64,000 nucleotides of DNA from Thermoplasmata archaeon (GTDB lineage: Archaea; Thermoplasmatota; Thermoplasmata; UBA10834): assembly GCA_029864565.1 (NCBI GenBank), contig JAOTTD010000001.1:208-64207 (forward strand), in the 5' to 3' direction. Under the pieces are notes generated by a model, which ran no database searches, had not been told where the DNA came from, and saw only the letters and a list, made by a program, of their open reading frames with translations. A program made the position numbers and the translations under genes. Shown here one piece after another: positions 1-8,505 of the stretch (position 1 is its first letter; every line of letters begins with the position of its first letter).

Positions 1-462
1 TCCGTATTTGAGCAGGTCGAGAGACAGCGTGACGACGATGTCGAGGGCGAACATCAGCACGAACCCGCCGAGTATCATGAGATGCATGAACCATCTCGTC
101 CGGCTGCGACCCTTCAGTTTGGACAGGTAAAGCGCGTCCTTCACGAAGACGCCGATTGCTCTGGCGAATCTCCTGCTGAAGAGCAGCCTCAACGCCTTCG
201 CGCTTAGAGAGACGAGCCGTCCCTCCGGCGTCGATACGAGGCCTCTGCCGCGCATCCAGAGCAGAGCGTTGTACAGCGTGCCAAGCAGGAAGACGACGGT
301 GCACGCGACAACGGTGACGAGGAACAGGTGCAGGTACGTCCTGTCGCGCACATATACCGTCTCGTACGGAAGGAGCAGTATCACGGCAGAGACTATGATG
401 ACGAACGCGAAGAACGGCGCGTAGAGCCATACCCTCTCGCTCAGGTACCTGCCGTCAGGCAT
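1..462 (-). CDS. polytopic membrane protein, N-terminal part (gene runs off the left edge)
   Basis: A reverse-strand ATG at 460-462 opens a frame that stays open to nt 1 (MPDGRYLSERVWLYAPFFAFVIIVSAVILLL...FMHLMILGGFVLMFALDIVVTL). It has several hydrophobic helices. It starts 8 nt after the stop of the co-oriented 470..1576 gene. It is absent from the ORF track because it is truncated. Function is not assignable. Confidence 0.55.
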   Translation of the reverse strand, partial: MPDGRYLSERVWLYAPFFAFVIIVSAVILLLPYETVYVRDRTYLHLFLVTVVACTVVFLLGTLYNALLWMRGRGLVSTPEGRLVSLSAKALRLLFSRRFARAIGVFVKDALYLSKLKGRSRTRWFMHLMILGGFVLMFALDIVVTLSLDLLKYG

Positions 463-469
463 GTTCGCT

Positions 470-1576
470 TTAATGATTATCGGCGAGTATAAACCCATCC
501 CTCGCCGCGCGGAAATGGTTGTCGACGACGAGGCGAGCGGCTTCCACGAGCAGATCGGGAGCGGAGTCCGAGTCCGATACCCTGTCAGGACCCGCCGACA
601 TCAGGTTCTCGCGCGATCGGTCCAACAGAACGGAAACGGCTTGGGAAGTGTCGCCATCGATAGAACCACTCCGCCTCTCAATCGCCCCTGCAAGCTCGAG
701 CATCCTGCTGCCATCCCATTGCTTGGCCCCCGTTATGAACGTCGCCCGCTCCATGCCCGTGATCGTGACCTTTAGGTCGGCCAATGAACGGTCCAGCGTT
801 GTGGTCTCTGATTTCGCACGCGATAGGAGGTCATGCCGAGGGCGATCCTGGTCCGGGAGCCTTGCAAGGCGCATGAAGCAGTCGTTCGCCTCGCGGAATT
901 CAGGATGTTCCAGATGCGGTCCTGCCAAAATGAGCTGGCCGTCCCCAAAATTGCACTTCACGACCGCGGGGTGGCCAATCACGACTTCCTCGGCCATCCG
1001 GAGGTTGGCCTGCAGAGTCGTCCGAGGCGTGAACGAAAGATATCGGAGAACTGGACGGTCGACCGTCGGCTCCGAGAACACTGGTCCGCCGTAGATCGGA
1101 GCGATGAGAGTATCGGTTCCGTTTCCGATCACCATTTCCCCTCTGACCGGATGGAACACACTGCAGGAACCATATCTGACGGCCAATCTCGGAGATGGTT
1201 CTGTTGAGGTCGTAGGCTCCATCCGGATATTCCTGATCCTCGTATTCGAGAGATTCAGCTGGGAGAACGGTTCTACTCTTGATGGCAATGGAAGGTAGGC
1301 ACCGGCGCATATGCCGAGATACCTGCCCCCCCGGCCTATGAACTCCCTGAGGGCGTTGAAGCCAAAGCCAGACAAGGATGATGCGATCTCGAATCCGTCA
1401 CCACCCGATATCACCGCCAAGGAGGGTGTGTCATCGAGCCCTCGGACGAATCCAGCAGCGTCGACGAAGCTGACATCCAGCATCCCTCTGGCCTCGAACA
1501 GGTCGGCCAGCCAAACCCATGAATGAGAGGATCCCTTCCCCACATAAACGAGCACTGTCTCATCGGACATGACCAC
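470..1576 (-). CDS. class-I glutamine-amidotransferase-like / BPL_N-like domain protein
   Basis: 368-aa ORF. The N-terminal pattern VLVYVGKGSSH...VISGGDGFEI...LREFIGRGGRYLGICAGAYLP is typical of the GATase1-like fold, including a nucleophile-elbow-like GICAGAY. Confidence 0.7.
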   Translation of the reverse strand: MVMSDETVLVYVGKGSSHSWVWLADLFEARGMLDVSFVDAAGFVRGLDDTPSLAVISGGDGFEIASSLSGFGFNALREFIGRGGRYLGICAGAYLPLPSRVEPFSQLNLSNTRIRNIRMEPTTSTEPSPRLAVRYGSCSVFHPVRGEMVIGNGTDTLIAPIYGGPVFSEPTVDRPVLRYLSFTPRTTLQANLRMAEEVVIGHPAVVKCNFGDGQLILAGPHLEHPEFREANDCFMRLARLPDQDRPRHDLLSRAKSETTTLDRSLADLKVTITGMERATFITGAKQWDGSRMLELAGAIERRSGSIDGDTSQAVSVLLDRSRENLMSAGPDRVSDSDSAPDLLVEAARLVVDNHFRAARDGFILADNH

Positions 1577-1681
1577 CGATTATTGCCGAGAGAGGAGAAA
1601 AAGGCATCAGCCCAACGACTGGCAGGCAATGCGAGGACAGAAAGTGTTATAGAACCCCTTGCCTTATCTTGGCCCCCGAAC

Positions 1682-1754
1682 GGGCCCATGGTCTAGTGGT
1701 TATGACATCTGCTTGACATGCAGAAAATCACCGGTTCGAATCCGGTTGGGCCCA
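1682..1754 (+). tRNA. tRNA-Val (anticodon GAC)
   Basis: Hand-folded cloverleaf. Acceptor GGGCCCA/TGGGCCC. D-stem GTC/GAC. Anticodon stem TCTGC/GCAGA with loop TTGACAT. T-arm ACCGG-TTCGAAT-CCGGT. Discriminator A. No encoded CCA. Followed by CTTTTGCTTT. Confidence 0.95.
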
Positions 1755-1896
1755 CTTTTGCTTTATCTAAGGGTTACACCGTAGACAAATAGGCTATCCA
1801 GCGCTTGTGTTGTTCTGGTCAGTCTCTATGATTTGGCTCAACCGCAAGTAAATGTATATTGGCATCATTAACATCGTATCTATAGGAGGTGTTTGG

Positions 1897-2829
1897 TTGA
1901 GAGCAATTGTATATGATAGATACGGACCGCCAGAAGTCCTTAAGATCAAAGAGGTGGAGAAACCCACTCCCAAGGACAATGAAGTACTTGTGAAGGTATA
2001 TGCGACAACAGCCCACGTAGGGGACACGAGACTGCGAAAGGCAGACCCATTTCTTGTAAGATTGGTCAATGGCCTCTTAAGACCCAAGAAAATGCCCATT
2101 TTGGGAATGGAGTTGGCCGGGGAAATTGAAACAATAGGCAAAGATGTAAAACGATTCAAGGAAGGTGATCAGGTTTTTGCATTGACCGGTTTTGGTTTTG
2201 GTGCTTATGCTGAGTATAAATGCGTCCCTGAAGAAGGGGGAGGGGCAAAGCTAGGATTGGTGGCATTAAAACCGGCCAATTTGACCTTTGAAGAAGCCAC
2301 TGCAGTTCCTGCCGGGGGGATTACAGCATTGGCTGCTATCAGAGAGGCTAATATCCAGAACGGACAAAAAGTCCTGATATACGGCGCTTCAGGAAGTGTC
2401 GGCACCTATTCGGTGCAGCTCGCCAAAAACTTCGGGGCAGAGGTTACAGGAGTATGCAGTACCAAGAATTTAGAATTGGTGAAATCTCTGGGAGCTGATA
2501 AGGTGATCGATTATACAAAAGAAGATTTCACCCAAACGGGTGAGAAATATGATGTTGTCTTTGACGCCGTACATAAGATATCCTCTTCACGAGGCAAAAA
2601 GTGTCTGAAGGAGGGCGGGACCTATCTTGACGTTCATAAGAAATACGGAGGAGAATTGAAGACTGAAGACCTGACCTACCTAAAGGAACTCATAGAAGCG
2701 GGAAGGTTGAAACCAGTCATAGACAAGCGCTATCCGATGGAACAGATCGTAGAAGCTCATAGGTACGTCGATAAAGGGCATAAGAAAGGACATGTGGTCA
2801 TCACTGTGGTATCTGACAACAAAACCTAA
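1897..2829 (+). CDS. zinc-type alcohol dehydrogenase / NADPH:quinone oxidoreductase (MDR superfamily)
   Basis: [37 protein letters not shown]... and the [15 protein letters not shown] Rossmann motif. I prefer the TTG at 1897, preceded by GGAGGTG (1886-1892), over the ATG at 1852 given by the ORF track. The segment is low in G+C. Confidence 0.85.
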   Translation: MRAIVYDRYGPPEVLKIKEVEKPTPKDNEVLVKVYATTAHVGDTRLRKADPFLVRLVNGLLRPKKMPILGMELAGEIETIGKDVKRFKEGDQVFALTGFGFGAYAEYKCVPEEGGGAKLGLVALKPANLTFEEATAVPAGGITALAAIREANIQNGQKVLIYGASGSVGTYSVQLAKNFGAEVTGVCSTKNLELVKSLGADKVIDYTKEDFTQTGEKYDVVFDAVHKISSSRGKKCLKEGGTYLDVHKKYGGELKTEDLTYLKELIEAGRLKPVIDKRYPMEQIVEAHRYVDKGHKKGHVVITVVSDNKT

Positions 2830-2848
2830 CTCATTAGGATGATAACTC

Positions 2849-3106
2849 ATGAAAGCGATAACATTTACATCACCCGGACCGCCGCCCGTTTTCCGGTTAG
2901 CCGAGATTGAAAAGCCCATTCCCAAGGACGATGAGGTACCGGTTAAGGTACATGCCGCCGGTGTGAACTCCTGGGATTGGGAGATTCACTCCTCGCTACG
3001 CAGCTACGGCGACCGAACCACAAAAGGTTTACTGGGCATCTATTTGCCAAATCATAGAAGAAAGCATTTCAAACGACAGACAATGTCAACAGTGGGTATG
3101 CAATGA
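2849..3106 (+). pseudogene. truncated second MDR oxidoreductase (N-terminal about 45 aa only)
   Basis: MKAITFTSPGPPPVFRLAEIEKPIPKDDEVPVKVHAAGVNSWDWE parallels the N-terminus of the upstream MDR gene. The sequence then degenerates into unrelated residues and stops at 85 aa. Confidence 0.55.
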
Positions 3107-3130
3107 AGCTCGGATGGGAGGAGGCCTAGG

Positions 3131-3736
3131 ATGAACAGGAAGACTGCTTTCAGCAAGTTCCCCGAGATCAGGACGAAGCACCTGATCCTCCAGCAGCCGA
3201 CGATGAAGGATGTCGAGTGGTATTTTGAGCACTTCTCGAGGCACGAGATGGTCTGGGGAGGGGGAGAGCCTGGTCCGAAGAACATGGCGGTGGCACGGGA
3301 AGAGTTCAGAGAGTACTTGGTCGACTTGTACCGGAAGAGGCGGGGATTCAGATGGATCATAACGCTCAAGGGAGAGGGTCAGCCGATCGGTACACTGGGT
3401 TTCTACAAGTGGGCCCCTTCCGCGGGCTATCAGGCCGAGATGGGCTACGATCTGGCTAAGGAGCACTGGGGCAAGGGCATAATGACCGAGGCGATGATGG
3501 CGGTCATCGACTTCGGCTTCGAGAGGATGGAGCTTAACAGGATAGAGGTCTACATCATGCCTCGGAACAAGCGTTCGATCAAGATGATCAAGAACCTCGG
3601 GTTCAAGAGGGAAGGGCTGCTCAGGCAACGCTTTTTCGACGAGTTCGGGAACTTCGCCGACGATCTCCTCTTCTCGATGCTGAGGAGCGACTGGGAAGGG
3701 TTGAGGGCCGACTGGAAAGAGAAGAGACGGTCTTGA
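3131..3736 (+). CDS. GNAT family N-acetyltransferase (RimJ/RimL-like)
   Basis: 201 aa. The pattern LILQQPTMKDVEWYFE...IGTLGF...GYDLAKEHWGKGIMTEAMMAVIDFGFERMELNRIEVYIMPRNKRSIKMIKNLGFKREG is typical of the Acetyltransf_3 type. Confidence 0.85.
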   Translation: MNRKTAFSKFPEIRTKHLILQQPTMKDVEWYFEHFSRHEMVWGGGEPGPKNMAVAREEFREYLVDLYRKRRGFRWIITLKGEGQPIGTLGFYKWAPSAGYQAEMGYDLAKEHWGKGIMTEAMMAVIDFGFERMELNRIEVYIMPRNKRSIKMIKNLGFKREGLLRQRFFDEFGNFADDLLFSMLRSDWEGLRADWKEKRRS

Positions 3737-3857
3737 CAGACTCGGCCCTTGTCATAGGACGCTTCAGACCTAATATGGTCTACTTCGTGTTTCGGCCACA
3801 GAACAACCCTTAGACACATCGGTGATCTGGCTCCGAACCGCTTTGAGCCTCCCGATG

Positions 3858-4523
3858 CTACGGTGCCCTTCTCTTCCCGTCCTGGGAAGTTATCGCGGCC
3901 GCCAGAATCGATGCGAACACTTCGATACTCCTAATCACAGACGCGTCGGGCAGTTTCCCTCCAACGGTTCCGGGATACTCTATCCATCCGAGCAACTCGT
4001 CCCTAGGACCCTTGATGAGCGCATTGAAGAAGTCCGCCTCCAGGCTCGATTCGACCGAAGGTCTCTGCATGCTCAACAGCGCGGGTCTGTTGACTGAGTT
4101 CTCATACCCGGGGCCCAGAGGGTTCTTCTCCTCGAGGTAAATCCGGGTCAAGTCGCTTATCACCCCTGCACTGTACCATCCTGGGACAGTTGTCGAGAAC
4201 GACTCCAGTGTGTACTCCTTCTTTCTGTGCGCTGCCCATGAATCATCCCTCATCCCAGACATGAACTCGTATCTGTACTTGCCGTCTCGGCCCTTCAGAC
4301 CGATCATCACATATCTCAGCGTGAACAGGCTTCTGATGAGATCTGCAGTTTCCTGCAGAAGGGCGGGGAGGGCCAGGTGGTGTTTCCGAAAATGCGCCAG
4401 GAGCGTCACAAATCCCTCGAGAACCCTGGAATCATGAGATCTCCTCGTCTTGAGATAGGCCATCTTGAGGTTCGCTTCGACTTGGTATGGCGTCACGTTG
4501 TCCTCAGTTGTCACTTGGATCAT
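3858..4523 (-). CDS. hypothetical protein
   Basis: 221-aa ORF with ordinary composition. It is the only long ORF at this locus. I recognise no family. Confidence 0.55.
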   Translation of the reverse strand: MIQVTTEDNVTPYQVEANLKMAYLKTRRSHDSRVLEGFVTLLAHFRKHHLALPALLQETADLIRSLFTLRYVMIGLKGRDGKYRYEFMSGMRDDSWAAHRKKEYTLESFSTTVPGWYSAGVISDLTRIYLEEKNPLGPGYENSVNRPALLSMQRPSVESSLEADFFNALIKGPRDELLGWIEYPGTVGGKLPDASVIRSIEVFASILAAAITSQDGKRRAP

Positions 4524-4870
4524 GGCAATTCCGTCCTACTTGGATTTCGTAGGTCAATGAGCCGTTTTGTGAGATTCAGCACACCACGCATTTATCACAG
4601 ACGACCTTCTGGAGTAGATATCAGCGCCGGGTATATCGGCGTTTCTATCAAGAGACCTCCTCGTTCTCCCGGTTCTTGGCTCGGCTGGCAAAGGCCATAA
4701 GGGCACTGGAAACGGTTCGATGCCGGCTCCTTCGCAGCAGCCATCGAAGGACAACTGAAAGATTCTGACGGGCTGGCCTCACATACCGACAGTTCAAATG
4801 AATGCGGAAAAACGCCCCCTGGCCACGAACGAGTTCAGGCTGGGTTGGGCTCACTCCAGCCCTACAGGCT

Positions 4871-4935
4871 CCCTTTCAATCAGCAGGAATCGAAATTCAG
4901 GGAGAAATCATCAAACCCCTTTCATTTCTTCCGCC
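4871..4935 (-). repeat. R1 dispersed intergenic repeat, diverged copy F
   Basis: CCTTTCAATCAGCAGGAATCGAAATTCAGG...AAACCCCTTTCATTTCTTC shares TTTCAATCA-G-GAATCGAA-TC-GG with copy D, and AAACCCCTTTC-TTC with copy E. Confidence 0.45.
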
Positions 4936-5208
4936 CCTATGTCCTTTCCGAGAAGAAGTCGGTTGTCCGAGCGAGATTTAGATTCGCGACCTCTCCCACG
5001 CCAAGCGAACGGTCTTCCGCTGAGTTGCTGGTCCGTGTGGGATGTCGATGCACACAGTGGGTGTTACCAGAGCTTGCCTGGTTCTCCACAGGCGCGCGAT
5101 GGCGCAGGCTATATGAAAAGTGGTCGCCTGCCGGTGTGTGGCTCGTCTCGACAGGCCTTTGAATGGTTTATCCCTCAAGTCTGAGCGTCGGAATCAGGCC
5201 AAGCGCGA

Positions 5209-5553
5209 TCAGGGTGTGCAGGTGCCGTCCTCTTTGTTGTCGCAGATTCCGTCTCCATCGGCGTCGTTGTCACAGATCCCGTCGCAATCGCATGTGCAAT
5301 CGGGGTTCAACTCGGGATCTCTGATCTGGTCTTGGTCCCCGTTAACGACACCAGCGCCATTTTCGCCGCCAGTCCATTGCGCCGTGACGGCCAACGCGCT
5401 GCCAGCTAGGAGGACCGCGCCTAGCGCCAGCGAGATCCATGCCTTGCCCAAGATCTTCCTCTCCTTTTTCTGCCCAGATATGCTTCTGCCCAACTCGCTC
5501 TCGAATCCCTTCCTCATATTCTCACTTCCATGGTGCCTTGCCATCGATGGCAT
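5209..5553 (-). CDS. small secreted or membrane-anchored Cys/Asp-rich protein with TSP3-like calcium-binding motif
   Basis: Hydrophobic signal-like segment KAWISLALGAVLLAGSALAVTAQ. The C-terminus DCTCDCDGICDNDADGDGICDNKEDGTC carries a DxDxDGxxD motif. The start could also be the internal MRKGF. Confidence 0.55.
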   Translation of the reverse strand: MPSMARHHGSENMRKGFESELGRSISGQKKERKILGKAWISLALGAVLLAGSALAVTAQWTGGENGAGVVNGDQDQIRDPELNPDCTCDCDGICDNDADGDGICDNKEDGTCTP

Positions 5554-5710
5554 TCATGTCTTCACAGTCTTTCTCGATGCCTTTGTGGTCTTTGTCCGTG
5601 ACCAGAGTCTTAGGAATATGTCCTTTACGGCACGGCTATCAAAGGTTGGCACAATCGTCGAGGCACCCGATTCAGATGTAGAGCACACCTGAATCTCCTG
5701 CCGTCTATCT

Positions 5711-5762
5711 GATTTCAATCATGGGTGAATCGAACTCGGATTTAAATCCTTCACTATTTCCA
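5711..5762 (-). repeat. R1 dispersed intergenic repeat, diverged copy D
   Basis: GATTTCAATCATGGGTGAATCGAACTCGGATTTAAATCCTTCACTATTTC aligns by eye, at roughly 60%, with the reverse complement of the R1 core (GATTTCAATTTCGCGATTCTAGCACCGAGCTAAACTCCTTCTC). It begins 10 nt after the stop of the isochorismatase-like gene. Confidence 0.5.
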
Positions 5763-5771
5763 GATGTAAAT

Positions 5772-6284
5772 CTACTCACCGTTCAAACTTCTGTCGAGTT
5801 CTTGCAGGCTTATGGTATCGCAGATGTCCTCCGCGAACCGCACATGCTCCTCGTTGGCGGATGCAACGCCACCCCTGAGCAGGTAAGGGCACACATCCCA
5901 GTCGAATGCGCTGAAATATGTCGCCAGCACACACCCGCTCGCACTCAATCCCAAGATCACCATGGTGTCACATCCTTCTCTCTTGAGCATAGCTCCAAGC
6001 TCAGGGTTGGCGAAGGCGCTCGCATGTCGCTTCGTGACCTTGAAGTCGGTCTCCTCGATATCGACCGACTCCGGGACTTCGAAACTCTCAGTGCCAGGAA
6101 CCAATCCCTCCTCTTCGATCTCAGTATATCCCACGATGATAGGGAGCTTCCTCATCCTGAACCAGGCAATCGACTCGTTGATGAGGGCAAGACGCTTCTC
6201 CACGGACTTCCTCAAGTTCTGGTTGCTGTCAGGGTCATATAGCCAGGCGTTCTGGATATCCTGGACGAACAGTGCAGGTTTCAT
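5772..6284 (-). CDS. isochorismatase-family cysteine hydrolase
   Basis: MKPALFVQDIQN...KRHASAFANPELGAMLKREGCDTMVILGLSASGCVLATY carries the family's Lys and Cys catalytic signature. Start taken at the internal ATG (6282-6284). Confidence 0.85.
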   Translation of the reverse strand: MKPALFVQDIQNAWLYDPDSNQNLRKSVEKRLALINESIAWFRMRKLPIIVGYTEIEEEGLVPGTESFEVPESVDIEETDFKVTKRHASAFANPELGAMLKREGCDTMVILGLSASGCVLATYFSAFDWDVCPYLLRGGVASANEEHVRFAEDICDTISLQELDRSLNGE

Positions 6285-6440
6285 GGTAACCCCCAACTCC
6301 CAATACAAATGCCTCTAATATTGATTTCCGCACCCCGCGTCTCATCGCAAATCACAACGGATGACCATGGCAAGACTTATTACAACTGCAAATCATCCAT
6401 CACCCTAGGCACTGGCAACAGCGCCCGGGGAGGAAGAGCC

Positions 6441-7265
6441 ATGGGCAGGATATCGCGTGGGTGGGAGATGGCAAAGACAAGCCTGAGAGTTATAAAGAAG
6501 GACAAGGAATTACTGCTCTTCCCAGTGTTGTCTGGTGTGTTCACAATACTCATCATTGGCGGTTTCCTTGGAGGCATGTACCTATCTGTCGGGTGGGACG
6601 GGATGTACGATGGCATGACCGACTACGTCTTCATCGGCATGCTCATAGCGGCCTACGTCCTCGCGTACTTCGTTGTCGTCTTCTTCAATGCAGCGCTCAT
6701 CGGCTGTGCTATGATCCGTCTGGAAGATGGCGTACCGCACCTTCGGGACGGCTTCAGAATCGCACGGGAGAACCTCGGCAGAATCGTCGCATGGGCGCTG
6801 TTTGCCGCGACAGTTGGCCTCATTCTCAGGGCAATTCAGCAAAGGGTCGGATTCCTCGGTAAGATCCTTGTCGGCATCGTAGGTATCGCATGGGCGCTCG
6901 CAACCTTCTTCGTGGTCCCCGTCCTCATATTCGAGAAGCTCGGCCCGTTGAGCGCGATGAAGCGCAGTAGTGGAATATTCAAGAACGTCTGGGGAGAGAC
7001 CTTATCAGGCGGCCTCGGACTCGGGCTCATATTCTTCCTACTCGGGCTTCTGGGGCTGCCAATCATCGTCATGGGCGCACTGCTCGGCGGAATCACCGGA
7101 GCGATCATAGGCATCGTCATCACCCTGATATACTGGATCGCGTTGGCGATTGTGGCATCAGCAGCCAGCGGAGTCCTAGTTGCGGCGCTGTACAGGTACG
7201 CCACGACTGGCAAAGTGTCGAGGCAGTTTGCCTCGGAGCGGCTCATCGCAAACCCATGGAGATAA
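6441..7265 (+). CDS. polytopic membrane protein (DUF6159-like, name recalled only)
   Basis: MGRISRGWEMAKTSLRVIKKDKELLLFPVLSG... followed by 5-6 hydrophobic helices. The ATG at 6441 is preceded by GGAGGAAGAG. Confidence 0.7.
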   Translation: MGRISRGWEMAKTSLRVIKKDKELLLFPVLSGVFTILIIGGFLGGMYLSVGWDGMYDGMTDYVFIGMLIAAYVLAYFVVVFFNAALIGCAMIRLEDGVPHLRDGFRIARENLGRIVAWALFAATVGLILRAIQQRVGFLGKILVGIVGIAWALATFFVVPVLIFEKLGPLSAMKRSSGIFKNVWGETLSGGLGLGLIFFLLGLLGLPIIVMGALLGGITGAIIGIVITLIYWIALAIVASAASGVLVAALYRYATTGKVSRQFASERLIANPWR

Positions 7266-7684
7266 TGACAGGGATAGGGACCGACTCTATGATAGGGCAA
7301 GTGCGCCCGTGGGTGGAACCGAGGCGGGCGACATTTCCCATTTCCACAAGGCGGAATAGCATTAGAACAGGCTTGGTGAGAGTTGCGCACAAGAGCTCGA
7401 TTATCATTCCTGATACAATCACTGCAAATCACCGAATCGCCCATGAACACGCAAGCGCCGCTCGGCAGGAACATGAGCATACTAGTGGAGCCGAGCTCAA
7501 ACGGATGCCTGGGCCGTTACTCTCGCCCTGCTGAAAGACTTCATTCCATACTTCTCTTCAATGTGCTAATGTTCCCGCGCGACTTGTCCAGAGTGGCTCA
7601 CCCTCGGATTCTGCATGTGTCAGGAGAGCCGATGCGGGCTCAGCTCGCCTGATGCTCAACTTCTGACACGATCCCACAATTGAA

Positions 7685-8164
7685 TCAAGCGATTATCTCG
7701 CGGGCGAGCGCCCTGGCTTTCTCTAGCTCTCCGGGTGCCAGTGGTCCCTTCATGTCTGAGACCATGAACCTCAGAGGCGGCGAGTGGACCTTCAGACCTC
7801 GCTCGGCAGTGAGGACGCTTAGCCTCCCGGCAGCGCCTGGTTCGACCCACTTCATGGCCTTCTTCTGCTTCTCCGGGTCGTCTGGGAGAGGCATGTGGGT
7901 ATCGAACACGACCACCGTCTTGCCGCTCCATGCGGCGGCGTCCAACTTCTTCACGAACTTCTTTGCCTTTGCCGTCATCTTCGCGACCCGCGTCGGCGAG
8001 CCGATGAACAATAGGTCGCCTTCAGACGGGACGCGGAATTCCTTCCTGAGGTTGATGAGCTCGACCTCGTGTCCGGCCTTCTCGATCTCCTCCTTGAACG
8101 CCTCCGCTACCAGCTTCGTATTGCCATACACACTGTCTACCGCTATCACCGCTTTCAACTTCAT
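7685..8164 (-). CDS. flavodoxin-like protein
   Basis: MKLKAVIAVDSVYGNTKLVAEAFKEEIEKAGHEVELINL...LLFIGSPT. The SxYGNT phosphate-binding loop is typical of flavodoxin folds. Start taken at the internal ATG (8162-8164). Confidence 0.75.
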   Translation of the reverse strand: MKLKAVIAVDSVYGNTKLVAEAFKEEIEKAGHEVELINLRKEFRVPSEGDLLFIGSPTRVAKMTAKAKKFVKKLDAAAWSGKTVVVFDTHMPLPDDPEKQKKAMKWVEPGAAGRLSVLTAERGLKVHSPPLRFMVSDMKGPLAPGELEKARALAREIIA

Positions 8165-8505
8165 CACCTCTGCCCTTGCACTGAAGGACGTTTCACGAGC
8201 GACTTCATCGCCTATATCATTACCGTCAAAACCGCCGCATATGCCCGTCACGAACTGGCTTGTCAACTTCCTTCCAGAGGAGGCAAGGGCGAAGGTGCGC
8301 TGCAGGCTCTCGGAAATCATCGAACACCGAAACAGGTCCGGCCACGCAGTAAACCAAGTGGCAACTGAGGCTGGGGATCTTGAGAAAATGTCTTGGGACT
8401 ATGCATTCTTAGGCTGTGAACCTGGCAAGGTCGCGAACACAATAAGCTCGGCCAAGAAGTCGATGCCTGATGCGGACAATTAGAGCACGGCAGAATAGCG
8501 GGTCG

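Noticed and set aside
1755-3130. A direct repeat of the tRNA-Val 3' end marking an integration boundary of the low-GC patch.
   Set aside because: I could not find GGTTCGAATCCGG-like sequence at or near the distal edge of the patch, so no att-type repeat is claimed.
4530-5208. Possible RNase P RNA or SRP (7S) RNA in the ORF-free stretch.
   Set aside because: On either strand I could not find the universal P4 GGAAAGUCC / ACAGAAA elements, or an SRP helix-8 GGAA-GG-AGCA motif with the expected pairing. It is left as an unexplained region, not called as ncRNA.
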